Positions 1-11,727 of a stretch of DNA of 64,000 bases are shown piece by piece. Source of the stretch: Ruditapes philippinarum (taxonomy: Eukaryota). Every line of letters starts with the position of its first letter. Positions within the stretch are counted from its first letter, which is position 1. The position numbers and the translations under genes were made by a program. The stretch covers positions 310,001 to 374,000 of the forward strand of contig NW_026856458.1 in the NCBI RefSeq assembly GCF_026571515.1, written 5' to 3'. The notes beneath the pieces were generated by a model. It was not told the DNA's origin and searched no databases. It saw nothing but the letters and a program-made list of their open reading frames with translations.

Positions 1-1152
1 CGAGTATATTTCTTTACTAATCTATGCATATCATTCGAGTTTAGTGTCTAAGAATTTATGTAAAAATCAAATGTTATTTTTTGCCTTTTGACCAGTCAAG
101 GGAGTTCCTTTAAGTGTTCCATATCATCGAAAATAATTACTATCCCCATCCCACTTTTTCCCTCAACGAGGTAAGCCAGGTCAGATTCAATGTGACCTTG
201 AGTTCCATTTTCTTGTTTTAAAGTAAACAATAAATGGGGCTCGCTTTTACTTGCATAACTGTTGTTGTACCTTGAAATGGCTTTGTTACTTTATGTGCAG
301 ACATTGGAACACACACTATCTTTAAAAAGGAACAACATAAAATGAAGAATATAAAACCATCGGCTCTTAAAACCTGGCAGTACAATATTCCTTTCGTTTA
401 TGCAAGGGGATTTCGGTTTATAACCGTGATATATAAAGGTACTGGCCATAATCTAACATGTTTTTTTTCTACAAGATGCTTGTTGTCTGTCATATGCTTA
501 TAACAGACCAACTTCGAGTGGAAATAATAGTAATTAAAAACATTTTTTGGCCGCATATCTCGTTTCCAGTTATAAGAAAGCTTATGTCTGTTAGACATGA
601 AAACACTTTGCCATGGTTTTCATTTATTTTCTATGCATTTGCCATGTATTGTATACATTTTCTGGCATGTGTCATGTTATTTATAAATTTTGTTTAGGCA
701 TTTGTTATCTTTACATAATCGGCTGTATCCTGTTATCTATTCACATTTCGGCATTTGCTATGCTATAAATACACAATTTGGGGGACATTTGCTATGTTAT
801 TTAATATATATATTTATTGCATTTGGTATACTATTCAACACTTGCTTCGGCATTTAACAGACACACTTTGAGTGTGAAACGACAAATAGTAAATAGAAAT
901 AACTTTTAGATCGCGTATCTCATATCTGGTTATTTATAAATTTATATCAATTATAAAGTACTTTAAAATCATTTTTGCTATTATTTGTTATTTGTTATTT
1001 ATGAACTTTTCAGGCATGCGTAAAAAAAGATTATTAGTTTTAATTTTCAAGACATGATTTTTTTTATAAATTCATATGTAATACTTCATTTACTTCAATC
1101 ATAAGGATTTAATTTTATAATCATGTCATGTAATTGTACTAGCATTATCAAA

Positions 1153-1222
1153 CTTGTTGTTGTTTTGGTTGTTGTTTTTGTTGTTGTTGTTGTTTCTGTT
1201 GCTATTGTTGTTGTTTTTGCTG
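1153..1222. repeat. Imperfect (GTT)n microsatellite
   Basis: Run of gtt/ttt/gct triplets; explains the poly-Val ORF 1123..1371. Confidence 0.85.
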
Positions 1223-2879
1223 TTTCTCCTAGCTTGTTCTTTTATTTCTTCCTGATGCTTATTTTCTGCTACATGAAATTACAAAATGAACTGTGTGAGG
1301 GAATAGAGTTACCAAAACAACTTTGTTGTGGCCATCCGGTCATTAAGAAATTCATACCACATGGAGATTAAACTCCAGTCCTTGTGTTTATCTATCCCAT
1401 AAGATTAGGAATCTAACTGGAGAAGACAAATAAGTAAATAAAAACAACTTCGTGGTCGATAGCCGCGTATCCGGTTTTTAAGGAGTTAATACCACGTGGA
1501 GGTTAAATGCTAAAAATAAACATTTATGGTCCATAAATAGCATCGTTAATATTCAAACCATCTGGAGGTCATTACCATATCAAGTGCATCGTTAAACTGG
1601 AAAAGGAACGATTTGAAAACATATCGCAAGATTCGTTTATAATCATTTATGTTTGCATTGGAAAAATTAAAGATTCACAGTTTGATAGTCGAAAGGTAAT
1701 TCTTTTTTAAACCAACGTAGCTTTGTTGTTTTCCGCTACTATTAAATGCTGTCTATCCTTAATACAGGACTGAAGACGATGGATATAATAGAAAGTTAAG
1801 CTCCTATCCTTCGTATAAAGCAATAAGGCATTTAAAAGTCCTTTATGCCTCAGAAATGCTTTTATTGCTTTTATTATTTCTTTCTAAAAAAGCTTTTTAA
1901 TTTTGGTGTACTTTAATAATGTCCAAAACGTTAGTCGTTGGCCAAATACCAAAATCATCTCTTTCTTCTGTTGCTTTTTAACAATAGGTAAGTCATATTG
2001 AAATAATATTTTGTGTAGCTGATGTTAAACAGTATTTGTTGACATTTCGTTATCTTTGTGACAAATTACTGCACATTAAGCACTAATCTCTTCAAATGTA
2101 AGACATCTTATATGGTTTAAATTCATTATTTAAACATTATTAAATACATATTTTATATTTAAAGAAAAGTTTAAGAAGAAAAAAGGATTTTGAAGGCAAA
2201 AAATGAGCTCGAAAAGAAGATCGAAAATAAAAGTTGTTATTTACGAAATTACATCAAATTAGGTCTTTTTTCAATTTCTAGTTATTTAATTTCTACCAAA
2301 CTCGCTAAATAACTTCAATCGACATGTCCCTCCTTCATGGACAACAACATCTGTCATTTTCAGGAAACGTATACAAATATTTACTTACTGAATTATTTTG
2401 CAGATCATGATAGTACTGGTAAAATCAATTGCCTTCACCAGAATGTTTAAATTATGAAATCAAGTTACTATATATTTGAAACGTTTCTTCATTTAAAAGG
2501 GGGAAAAAGAAGAAGAAAAGAATAAAAAGGATCAGAAAGTTAGATGATAGTAACATTATCAAGTTATAGCAATAATATGTCAAGCAGTATAGTGATTTGA
2601 TGTTCGTAACAATTAACTGATTTCTCAAGTCGCACCATCATGTTACTTTAAATAGACTTGTAAAATTGTAAAATTGATCGTTTTCATGTCTATACAGGAC
2701 ATTAAATCTAAGGCAAAAGACAATTTAAATCTCGGGGAAAAAAATCAAGTCACAATAGAGGTAGAGCTATTTTAATTTGAAAAATAGCGTGTGTGCAAAT
2801 GACAGAAATTTCTATAAGAGAGTTTGGGAAACTGTAGCATCGGCAACTATTTTAGCTTTGTTAAGCAAGCTTCCATTAA

Positions 2880-3235
2880 AAGCCCATAATGCCTCAGATA
2901 TGCTACCAATTTTATTTTTCCAAAACATTTTAAATTTATTTTTTGCTACCTCGCTACATTTTCCAAAAGATTTTTCATATACTTATTAGATGAACTATCA
3001 ATTGCTTCTGTAGCTGCTATATACGCTATAGTATAATTAAATGGAATTAGTATTTTGTATGGAAGTCAAAATACTACGTTATTAATTTTGCTACCCTTGT
3101 GACACATTAATACACGTTCAGCGCTACTTTCCTAAGTTGTTATATATCTCACATACTCCAAATGCATTATTAAAACTCACGTTTAACATTTTTAAAGACT
3201 TGGAAAAATACGGATTCCTTGAGTAAAATGTGCCT
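2880..3235. mobile_element. Kolobok-type non-autonomous MITE (~350 bp, family A)
   Basis: ttaa|aagcccataatgcctcaga ... gagtaaaatgtgcct|ttaa; internal 'ttagtattttgtatggaagtcaaa' is shared with ~43036 and ~48470. TTAA TSD and purine-purine termini are Kolobok hallmarks. Confidence 0.6.
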
Positions 3236-3711
3236 TTAAGATGTTTTTATCAATACAACTGAGACTATTCCGACAATTGATCCTCTTAAAACATAATGTT
3301 TAAACATAACAACGACAAAGGACTCTCACTTTTTCAACTTTGTCTTAATTTTGTACCAATTTAACTGTTACATAAACACTTCTAGTTCTTGTACAAAATA
3401 AGGATTGACTAAAATATTTATGGTTCTTTTCTCTGTCTGCAATTGTATTTAGTTATACTATTCTCATCATTGAGCAAAATATTTTAATCACAGAAATTTA
3501 TTGAAATATATGAATTCGTACTGAATATGTCTAATTCGATTAAAAGAATGAGTAAACTGTGTATAGGAAGCTACGTTCTTAACTAAAGGCCCAGTAAAGT
3601 TGGTCATTTCTAAAACACTACGATGTTGTTGTTTTTTTTATGAAACTATATATTCATATTGTCACCACCCATAGCGTATAGAATGTAAACATACCATGTC
3701 TACTATGTGTG

Positions 3712-3860
3712 AAGAAACAAGATCAACAAGGGCGGACGGCGTTCAATGAAAGTAACCCTCACACGACCCAGCAATACAGGACCACCGGCAAGGAGCCAAG
3801 CAGGACCCAAATAGAATCAGGACGGGGCACAAGGCAATGCACGGACGGGGCGATTACCAT
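3712..3860 (-). mobile_element. Diverged fragment of the repeat at 19400-19801 (Penelope-like tail)
   Basis: aaacaagatcaacaagg...ggcgttcaatgaa...cacacgacccagcaa...ggcaaggagcc...caggac.gggcacaag aligns to the reverse complement of 19650-19795. Confidence 0.6.
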
Positions 3861-5054
3861 AACAATATATAATAGGAAAATAATAAAATATGTTCATGTT
3901 ATATTAATTTTACAAAGTGACTGTGCAACAATTATCAAATATTGTCGCGACACGTCTTCATACTAACATATGACACGTGAAATTTTTCTGTTTTAGAAGA
4001 ACTGATGTTCAAATAAAAATACAGCTCTATTTAAAATGATAAACTCCGAATTTGCGTAGATTATCACATTACTTAATATTATGTAAGCTTGTAGATTCCT
4101 GTATGTTTACCACAATAAAGGTTTTATAACTTCCATCAAAAATTATATAAAGTTACATAATTTGGCAAAACATTCCCTGCTTTTATTTCCTAAGAAAATA
4201 ATTAACACCACTTAAGTACAGAAGGTTGATAAAAATTGTACACAATTCAGCAGGAAATATGCTTAACAGAGTAAAAAATACAAATGAACTGGGATTTTGT
4301 TTATGTTACCTATATATAAATGTTTTAGTATGCTTCAAACTGGCCATATCTAGTTTATTCTGTTTTAAAACCTTAAAACATGATTCGTTGTCTAATTTTA
4401 AGGAACTCGACGGAGGTCAAAAAGTGAAAGACTAATAACAATTAAATTTATACCAACGTTTGCACTGAAAGGGAAAAATATACAAACGAAACTAAAGAAA
4501 TATAATCAAATGTTTCAATCATCTAAACACAGTAAACATTATAAAACAAATTTACTAGAAAAAGGAACATACAAGTGGCCAAAAAAGTGGCTTAGACCTT
4601 CATCAAATGGTATATTATGATACACCTCGGAAAAAAATGCCTAGTACCGCTGTATCAAACAAAAAAAAACAGTGGAGTCCCTATAACATTCTATGTGTTG
4701 TTGTAAGTAGGGTGAGCCTCGCAATAATATATATAGTATATATATATACTTTTTCTTTAATTGAAAAATTGAATTTGATTTTATTTTTATATTCGTTTAT
4801 TCTCTTCCGCTGCCAGAACGTTATTTGTATATCATAATATTTTACGTAATGAAGTTTTTAACCATCTCAAAACACTTTTAGATAGAATTCTTATTTGTTT
4901 TTTCAATATATAAAACGTATACCGGTACTTTATGGAAGAAAAATTAGCAAAATTAAGATTAACAGATTTCTCAAGCCGAATCATAAAATATGATTAAAAA
5001 TTATTATAAATATAGATACATAAACAACAAAAAAAAGGTATAACTGTGATTCAA

Positions 5055-5400
5055 AGGCCTATTATGCCCATTATAAAAACGCTTTGAATTTTATTTCTCA
5101 TAATGCACTTTTATACGAGTAATATCTAAAACATGACTCAATGACCAATTACCTGAACCATCTATTTCATCTATTACTTTCTGGCAATAAGTTAAGTTAT
5201 AAAGAGTTGACATTTTGAATGTAAGTAAAATACTACTTTGTTTATATTTTCCTACTTTTATTTCATTGTATATTGATATTTATCGCTACTTTCTTCAAGC
5301 ATCTAGCATTCTCTAAACCCAGTATTTAAACATAATAAAATTCATGTTTGCCCTTTCTTAACAAATAAAATTTTATTTATTCCTGAGGCATACTGTGCCT
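5055..5400. mobile_element. Kolobok-type MITE (family A) with TCAA flanks
   Basis: tcaa|aggcctattatgccca ... ctgaggcatactgtgcct|tcaa; imperfect TIRs like those of 2880-3235. Confidence 0.6.
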
Positions 5401-6167
5401 TCAAAAGACGTTATATAGGAAAAGGGCTAAATACTGTATGTATATAATTTTTGTCTTTATAATCACTTACCTCTGTATTTCTTCTTCCGAGGTTTATTAA
5501 AATCCATTATTCAACTATATTTCTTAGATTCCTGGTCCATTGGCTCCTTTCTTTATATAAATTATCATTGTTAAAATATCGCTATCACTTAAAAACATCG
5601 TTATAATTTAATCAACGAAAACTGAGCAGTGTTATTTATTCTTGATAGAAGTCAATTTTTAAAATTTCCGAAGAAAATATCAAATTTAAACATGCAAAAA
5701 GGTTTAGAAACCACAAATTGTTAAATATTGATGCAGATAACATTTTAGTGTATTCCTTCACTGAGCAATATTTACTGATATACCACATACATAACAAAGT
5801 TTCTTGTTAACCAATTGTTTATGATTTCAAGACCTCTTCGAAAAGAAAGCACTGACATTTAAGCAAGTCAATAAATGAAAATATTCAGTCCATTTCTAGA
5901 CATTATTATATTAAAGATACAATTTCGTCTGAAAGCTTGTTACATTAACACTTATTATACTGCACGTTTGTTACATCAATTTTCATTTGTTAATAATTAT
6001 GCTGATAAAATCAATAGAAACTGCTCTTATAAATATATTAAGCAATTTCCATTTCTCTTTAAATAAAACCATATCTGAACGGTTACCATACATAAACAGT
6101 TGATGTTTATACTTACACGTACATTTCAGTCCTATTCACTTTTCAGAGATGAAGATGATATGAGAGA

Positions 6168-6250
6168 GGTCCGATTGCTCAGTCTGGAAATCGACGGAAC
6201 GGTATTCCGATGGTCCTGGATTGAAGTCCCGGTCAGGCTGCACATTTTTC
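6168..6250 (+). mobile_element. tRNA-derived short SINE / tRNA-like relic
   Basis: A-box-like TTGCTCAGTCTGG and B-box-like GGATTGAAGTCC at tRNA spacing, followed by 'ggtcaggctgcacatttttc'; no intact cloverleaf. Confidence 0.5.
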
Positions 6251-7333
6251 CATCTCTATTTAATGACGTTTTACATGCACAATTATGTTGAAAGCGCCGC
6301 AATTTAATACCCTGAATAACTACTTAAAATTATTTCATGTAGCGTTCATTTCACCACAGCTAAATATGCATGACGTAAATAAGTGCACCAACGTGCTCTT
6401 ACGCGTGCGTTTATCTCACACTTCTTTATCACGTTTACATGAAGTTGTAAGACCACTGTTTCGTGCCCATTCATAGTGATATAAACCACATTTTAAAAAG
6501 AGTTGGGCTTCAATGAAATTCATTTCGAATTTTCTAGTCGATATAAATATGAACAGAAAAAAAAACGAATTTCCGACCATTAAATTAGAATGCCCCGCGT
6601 GTCTCTTGTTGCCATTTTCCTTGAAATGGACATTTGTGCCTTACATTAATGCAAGGGCTAAACTGCAACGGAATCACATCAACAAATTGATAACGGTTGG
6701 CTTAAAAACATGATGTTTGGTACAAAAGTTCAAACCTTAATATACAGAAAAAAAATGTCAATAAAAAACATGAAATTTCCCTTGCCTTAGATCGTTTTGC
6801 CTTATATCGATGTCAATACGAATTCGAACCTCCAAACAATTCTGCAACCGAATCAGACATATGGTGCTTGAATTTTTTTACGAAATTTTACTTAAAGAAA
6901 AAATTGCCGGTCAAAAAAGCGACCATACTACGAGGGTTTCTCACGGCTTTTTTCTTGCGTTGGAAACTAATACAAACTAATAGATCACTATTTCATTTGA
7001 CCATGAGTCACTGTGCAGGTAGCGTGCTCTAACGCACTTGTTTATGTCACATTCCACAGCATATACTGAAAGAAAAAAATTGCCAATCTTTAAACAACAA
7101 TATCGGGCGGGCCTCTGGAGGCCGTTTGTCTTGGGTCACATCTTTGTGCTTGCTATATATAAAGAAGAACCTACAAACTAATGTTGGGGGCTCATTTCAA
7201 ACGAAAAACACAACGACAACGGTTTGTTTTAGAAAAATGGTGTTTTTACTTAGATTCATATATTATTTATACAGAAAGAATAAATCGTTTATAAAAAGCA
7301 ACAATATGACATGCGGCCATCTCCATTGGTTAA

Positions 7334-7620
7334 AGATCCTGTAACACACCTCTTTATGGTTTTAATTCTTTAATTTGATACTCAAATTAAGATTTATCAA
7401 TTTTATAAGTTCCAAAATGCATTATTTATAAAGAGTTTACCGCATTTAACATTTCATGTAAATAAAGAGAGGTAATAACATTTTATTTTCTATAAAGCCT
7501 AAGTCCTTTTTTCAATAAGAAATGAATGCATATATTTTAATGATTACATATAATATGTACACATATTAACAGTACATATTTAACAGATTCTTCGGTGTTT
7601 GAAAATTGTTTTATAAGTAA
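7334..7620. mobile_element. Partial Kolobok-type MITE (family C), homologous to 44100-44468
   Basis: ttaa|agatcctgtaacac start; internal 'aagttcc.aaa.gcattattt.taaaga.tttaccg.attt.acatttcatgtaaataaag.gaggt' shared with ~44170-44240. Confidence 0.6.
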
Positions 7621-7949
7621 ATTATATACATGTTTAAATTTTATTAAGTGAAAACAAATGTGTTCATTTAGAAATATTGGAATTTCAATATAAAATTGTT
7701 TAACCTAGACATACATATAAATCCGTTACTCAGGAACAGATTGTAGGACAAGGTAGGTTTATTTTACAATTAAGGATTCATTCTGCATTCAGTATCTTTT
7801 TTCAATATCAGTGTCTATTAACCTTAAGAAAATATTGTATCGGGACTTCTAAACTAATTCCCATTATTTAACTGACCCCCTTGCTTGTTTTAATTTTATG
7901 ATGGAAAGATCTACAAGTCAGAGATGTTGACTAACATTACAACAGGCAC

Positions 7950-8990
7950 AACTAGAACTGCCACTATCATGGCGTGAATACCCCCGCATACCACTTTGTC
8001 AGAATCAACAGTGGCCATTTAGAGCTCAAGGACAACCTCCCTGCCAAATCTGAGGTTACTAAGCCAGAGCATTGCTAAGTTATGTATTCTACATGCTTCA
8101 AATGTGAAAATGTCAAAATCAATACATTGCGGATAGGACATTCTTTAGCAATTGAGAAGAAAAGCTTCTTTTTTTTGTCAAGGTCCCTGTGACCTTGACC
8201 TTTGACCCAGTGACCTCAAAATCAATAGGGTTCACCTTATAGTCATGATCAACATCCATGCCAAATATGAAGACTGTAGGTCAAAGGAATCTTAAGTTAT
8301 TGGGCGGACAAGCTTTTTGAAGTCAAGGCCCCTGTGACCTTGACCTTTGACCTGGTGACCTCAAAATCAATAGGGGTCATCTACTAATCATGACTAACCT
8401 CCATGCCAAATATGAAGACTGTGGGTCAAAGGAATCTTAAGTTATTGGGCGGACAAGCTTTTTGAAGTCAAGGCCCCTGTGACCTTGACCTTTGACCTGG
8501 TGACCTCAAAATCAATAGGGGTCATCTACTAATCATGACTAACCTCCATGCCAAATATGAAGACTGTAGGTCAAAGGAATCTTAAGTTATTGGGCGGACA
8601 AGCTTTTTGAAGTCAAGGCCCCTGTGACCTTGACCTTTGACCTGGTGACCTCAAAATCAATAGGGGTCATCTACTAATCATGACTAACCTCCATGCCAAA
8701 TATGAAGACTGTAGGTCAAAGGAATCTTAAGTTATTGGGCGGACAAGCTTTTTGAAGTCAAGGCCCCTGTGACCTTGACCTTTGACCTAGTGACCTCAAA
8801 ATCAATAGGGGTCATCTACTAATCATGACTAACCTCCATGCCAAATATGAAGACTAAGGGTCAAAGGAATCTTAAGTTATTGGGCGGACAAGAAAAAACC
8901 GACGGACGGACGGCCGGACGGACGGACAGCCGGACGGACAAGCTGATTCCAGTATACCCCCCTTACAACTTTGTTGTGCGGGGGTATAAA
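7950..8990 (+). mobile_element. Non-autonomous Helentron/pearl (HINE-type) element carrying 5 x 145-bp satellite units
   Basis: 5' aactagaactg; subterminal IR atacccccgca (7978-7988) / tgcgggggtat (8977-8987); five 145-bp units (gtcaagg at 8177, 8322, 8467, 8612, 8757); (GGAC)n microsatellite 8899-8940; terminal hairpin 8953-8988; A-run. Same architecture as bivalve pearl/CvA/DTC84-type elements. Confidence 0.85.
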
Positions 8991-9619
8991 AAATAATAAT
9001 AAAACTGAATAAAAATTTGCGTTGATCAAGATAGGGTTGACTATGGGTCATAATCATTATCCATTCTATTGTTTGTCAAACTCGTGGTATTTGCTGAAAT
9101 GATATAGTCAAAGCACTAAATGACAGCTCGAAATTATAAAATATGAATGGTTAATATGTGTAACTTAACATATATAACCAAATCTGCTAAAAACTCTTTT
9201 TCCAAGCTGATACTCCATTAAAAAAATACTTAACTGATATATTTGCCTTACTAAGATCCGACATTATAAAAACTTATTCCAAAGAAGCACGAGGCTAATT
9301 CAATATAAATAACAAGTTAGACATTTTCTACTTAAGATAAAGTACTTACATTCCCTTATGTCACAGATCCATTTTCATTTAAAAGCTTAGAGCAGCACAT
9401 CAAAAGAAAAAAGGAGAGTTAAGATAATAAAGAATTGAGAGGTGTATGTCAGCAAACAAATAGCACCATCCAAATTTAAAAGCTAAATATATGTCACATA
9501 AACAAAGTTTTAATTCAGAACTGTAAATGTTTTCTTAATGCAGCAAAGTGAAACATAGTTTGAGATAAAACGGGTTACAACTGTTAAAAACTAACAAAAG
9601 TATTCTTTGCAGATAAGGC

Positions 9620-10120
9620 AATGCATTAGTTTCGAGGTTCTTTTACAACAATATAAAGCACAAAGCTCTAACCTCTAACTAGAAATTTGCCTAAAGTGGC
9701 CCGCATGGTATGGACGATTTGTATTACTTCTTTATATAAAATGTATTAAGTTTCGTTAGAAAATGATATCATTTTCATTTAACAACCGTTCAAACATATT
9801 GTCTGTCTTCATTGCCGATTAGCCACTTCATTAGTTTTGAGGTTCTTTTTACAGAAATAATATTGTAATACTCAAAGCTCTCATGCAAGGGAAAGGTGTC
9901 ATGAGAGGCCCGCATGGTACCCGCATGGTAGTTTTGTTTAAACGGTATTTCCTTTTTTTTTTGATTGTTCGGTTTTACGACAACACAGCTCAGTTTATGT
10001 CATATGGGCCAAAACAGGTAATATTTTTTTCTTGGCAAATCTCGGGTGTAACCATTTTAAAAGTAACCTTAATTATTTTAGAGGTTCATTTACTGTAATG
10101 TAAAGCACATAGTTCTTAAT
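9620..10120. repeat. Degenerate ~200-240-bp local triplication
   Basis: 'ttagttt.gaggttc.tttta...aaagctct' recurs at ~9624, ~9828 and ~10071; ggcccgcatggta recurs at ~9698 and ~9907. Confidence 0.55.
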
Positions 10121-10689
10121 GATCCTGTATGTTGTATTGTAATTGAGGTTAAAATTCTTCTAGATTACAAACTTATTGTTTATTCAAACACAATTTTGTT
10201 TGGGAGTTTTATTTAGACACAGTACATGAAAACAAAGATAAAGCAGCACTACGTTTAGAACATCTTCACAAAATCTTTATATTTGAAACCGTGAAGGCAG
10301 AATATGTAACATGAGGAAAAATGAAAATGAATGCCACTTCCTCGTCGTTCGTCCTATATTGTCCTATATGGGCCAAGTATGTATAAATTTGATAATTTTT
10401 TACCATCTCGATCAAGGAAACATAGTAAGCATTGTCAAATTCTCCGGAAAACGGTTCTGTTTGTCATTGTATGTGTATATGTTTATTTGTATTGGTGACA
10501 ATAAACATTGTAATATTTAATACATTTCGTACTCTTATTCGTTTTCTAAATAAAAGATTATTAAAATCGCCCTTCCACCTTCTCCTTTTTATTCAGCATG
10601 GTGTTTGGTTAGTTTAGAATTATAGTTTCAACATATGAAATTCTTGAATGTAGTAAAATTTTATCTAAGCCACATATGAGACATATACA

Positions 10690-10905
10690 CATGATACACG
10701 GCGCACATCTGCAGATATTTTATAATTCAAAATATTACCAGTTCATGTAAAATATTAAATTTTGCTGTAGTCGGAGCTAGGGGGGTTGACGGTAGCTTCC
10801 AATATCCACTACAGTTCATAAACAGGCTCGATTTAACCAAGCCTGCAACATGTTCAGTTTTAACGTGTTGGGCTTTCTTAAGGACTTTTGTTTTTTTCTC
10901 TATTT
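10690..10905 (-). repeat. Old inverted partial copy of the 628-bp repeat unit
   Basis: Reverse complement reads ccttaagaaagcccaacacg...gttgcaggcttggttaaatcgagcctg...taccgtcaacccccctagc...atctgcagatgtg. Confidence 0.8.
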
Positions 10906-11727
10906 AATACTCGGTGGTTTGTATATTTTGAGACAGTAAACACTTTAGATATATCACCTTTTTCAAAAAACAGCATGTTCTGACGTTTGCTTCCGGGAGT
11001 TAGTTATCATGCCAAATTCAGCTTAATTTTGCTTTGTGATTTATCTTGGTAAGGCCTTTACTCGAAGAAGTTAGTGTGCAGCCGTATTCCACCAGTGACT
11101 TTTTGTTCCAATGTACATTTTAACATTGCCGTTCAAACACTAAATATCTGTTAACAAAGGAATATGAAACTTGTTTAGGAATTGTTTAGCAATATATTGC
11201 CATACCGAGCAACGCGGTGAGTAAAGGGACCAATATACTCGTATATTTTAATAGTTCATGAAAGATCCTTTGCCACGGAACATATACTATTAAATACTAA
11301 AACACAAAGTTTTTATCGCATCCATTTTAGATCTAGAAACGTTAATAATCGAAAACAATTTAATAAAGTTTTTCCGGAAGCAATTTTCATAATAAACTAC
11401 ATTTGAGATTAATCTGTAGGAAACATATGAATTATGAGGCCAAATTATCGAAAGCATCTTTATTTCATACAATTTCGATCACAAATTATTCATCTTATGT
11501 CACGCAAATGGTAAATAAAACAGACAAGATATAGTTGAATATTAATGCCTTATTTCTTTCTTTATATAAATGCATAAAATGTCGAGCATTATGACATTAT
11601 AAACATGGAATTGAATTAATGTCAAAATGACAAAATCTTGGAGTTTTGGTATATTTTAATGGCGGTTTAGATAATTTTGTAGGGACGGTATAACGATTCA
11701 AGAATCTGTACGTATGTAGATTTTCAA

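Noticed and set aside
1123-1371. 82-aa poly-Val ORF resembling a membrane protein
   Set aside because: Produced by a (GTT)n microsatellite.
6100-6291. ORF with an exon-like ttttcag acceptor
   Set aside because: The GC-richer part is better explained as a tRNA-derived SINE head; no partner exons found.
8177-8891. Regular repeats suggestive of a CRISPR-like array
   Set aside because: Head-to-tail 145-bp units without unique spacers, inside a eukaryotic mobile element; no cas genes.
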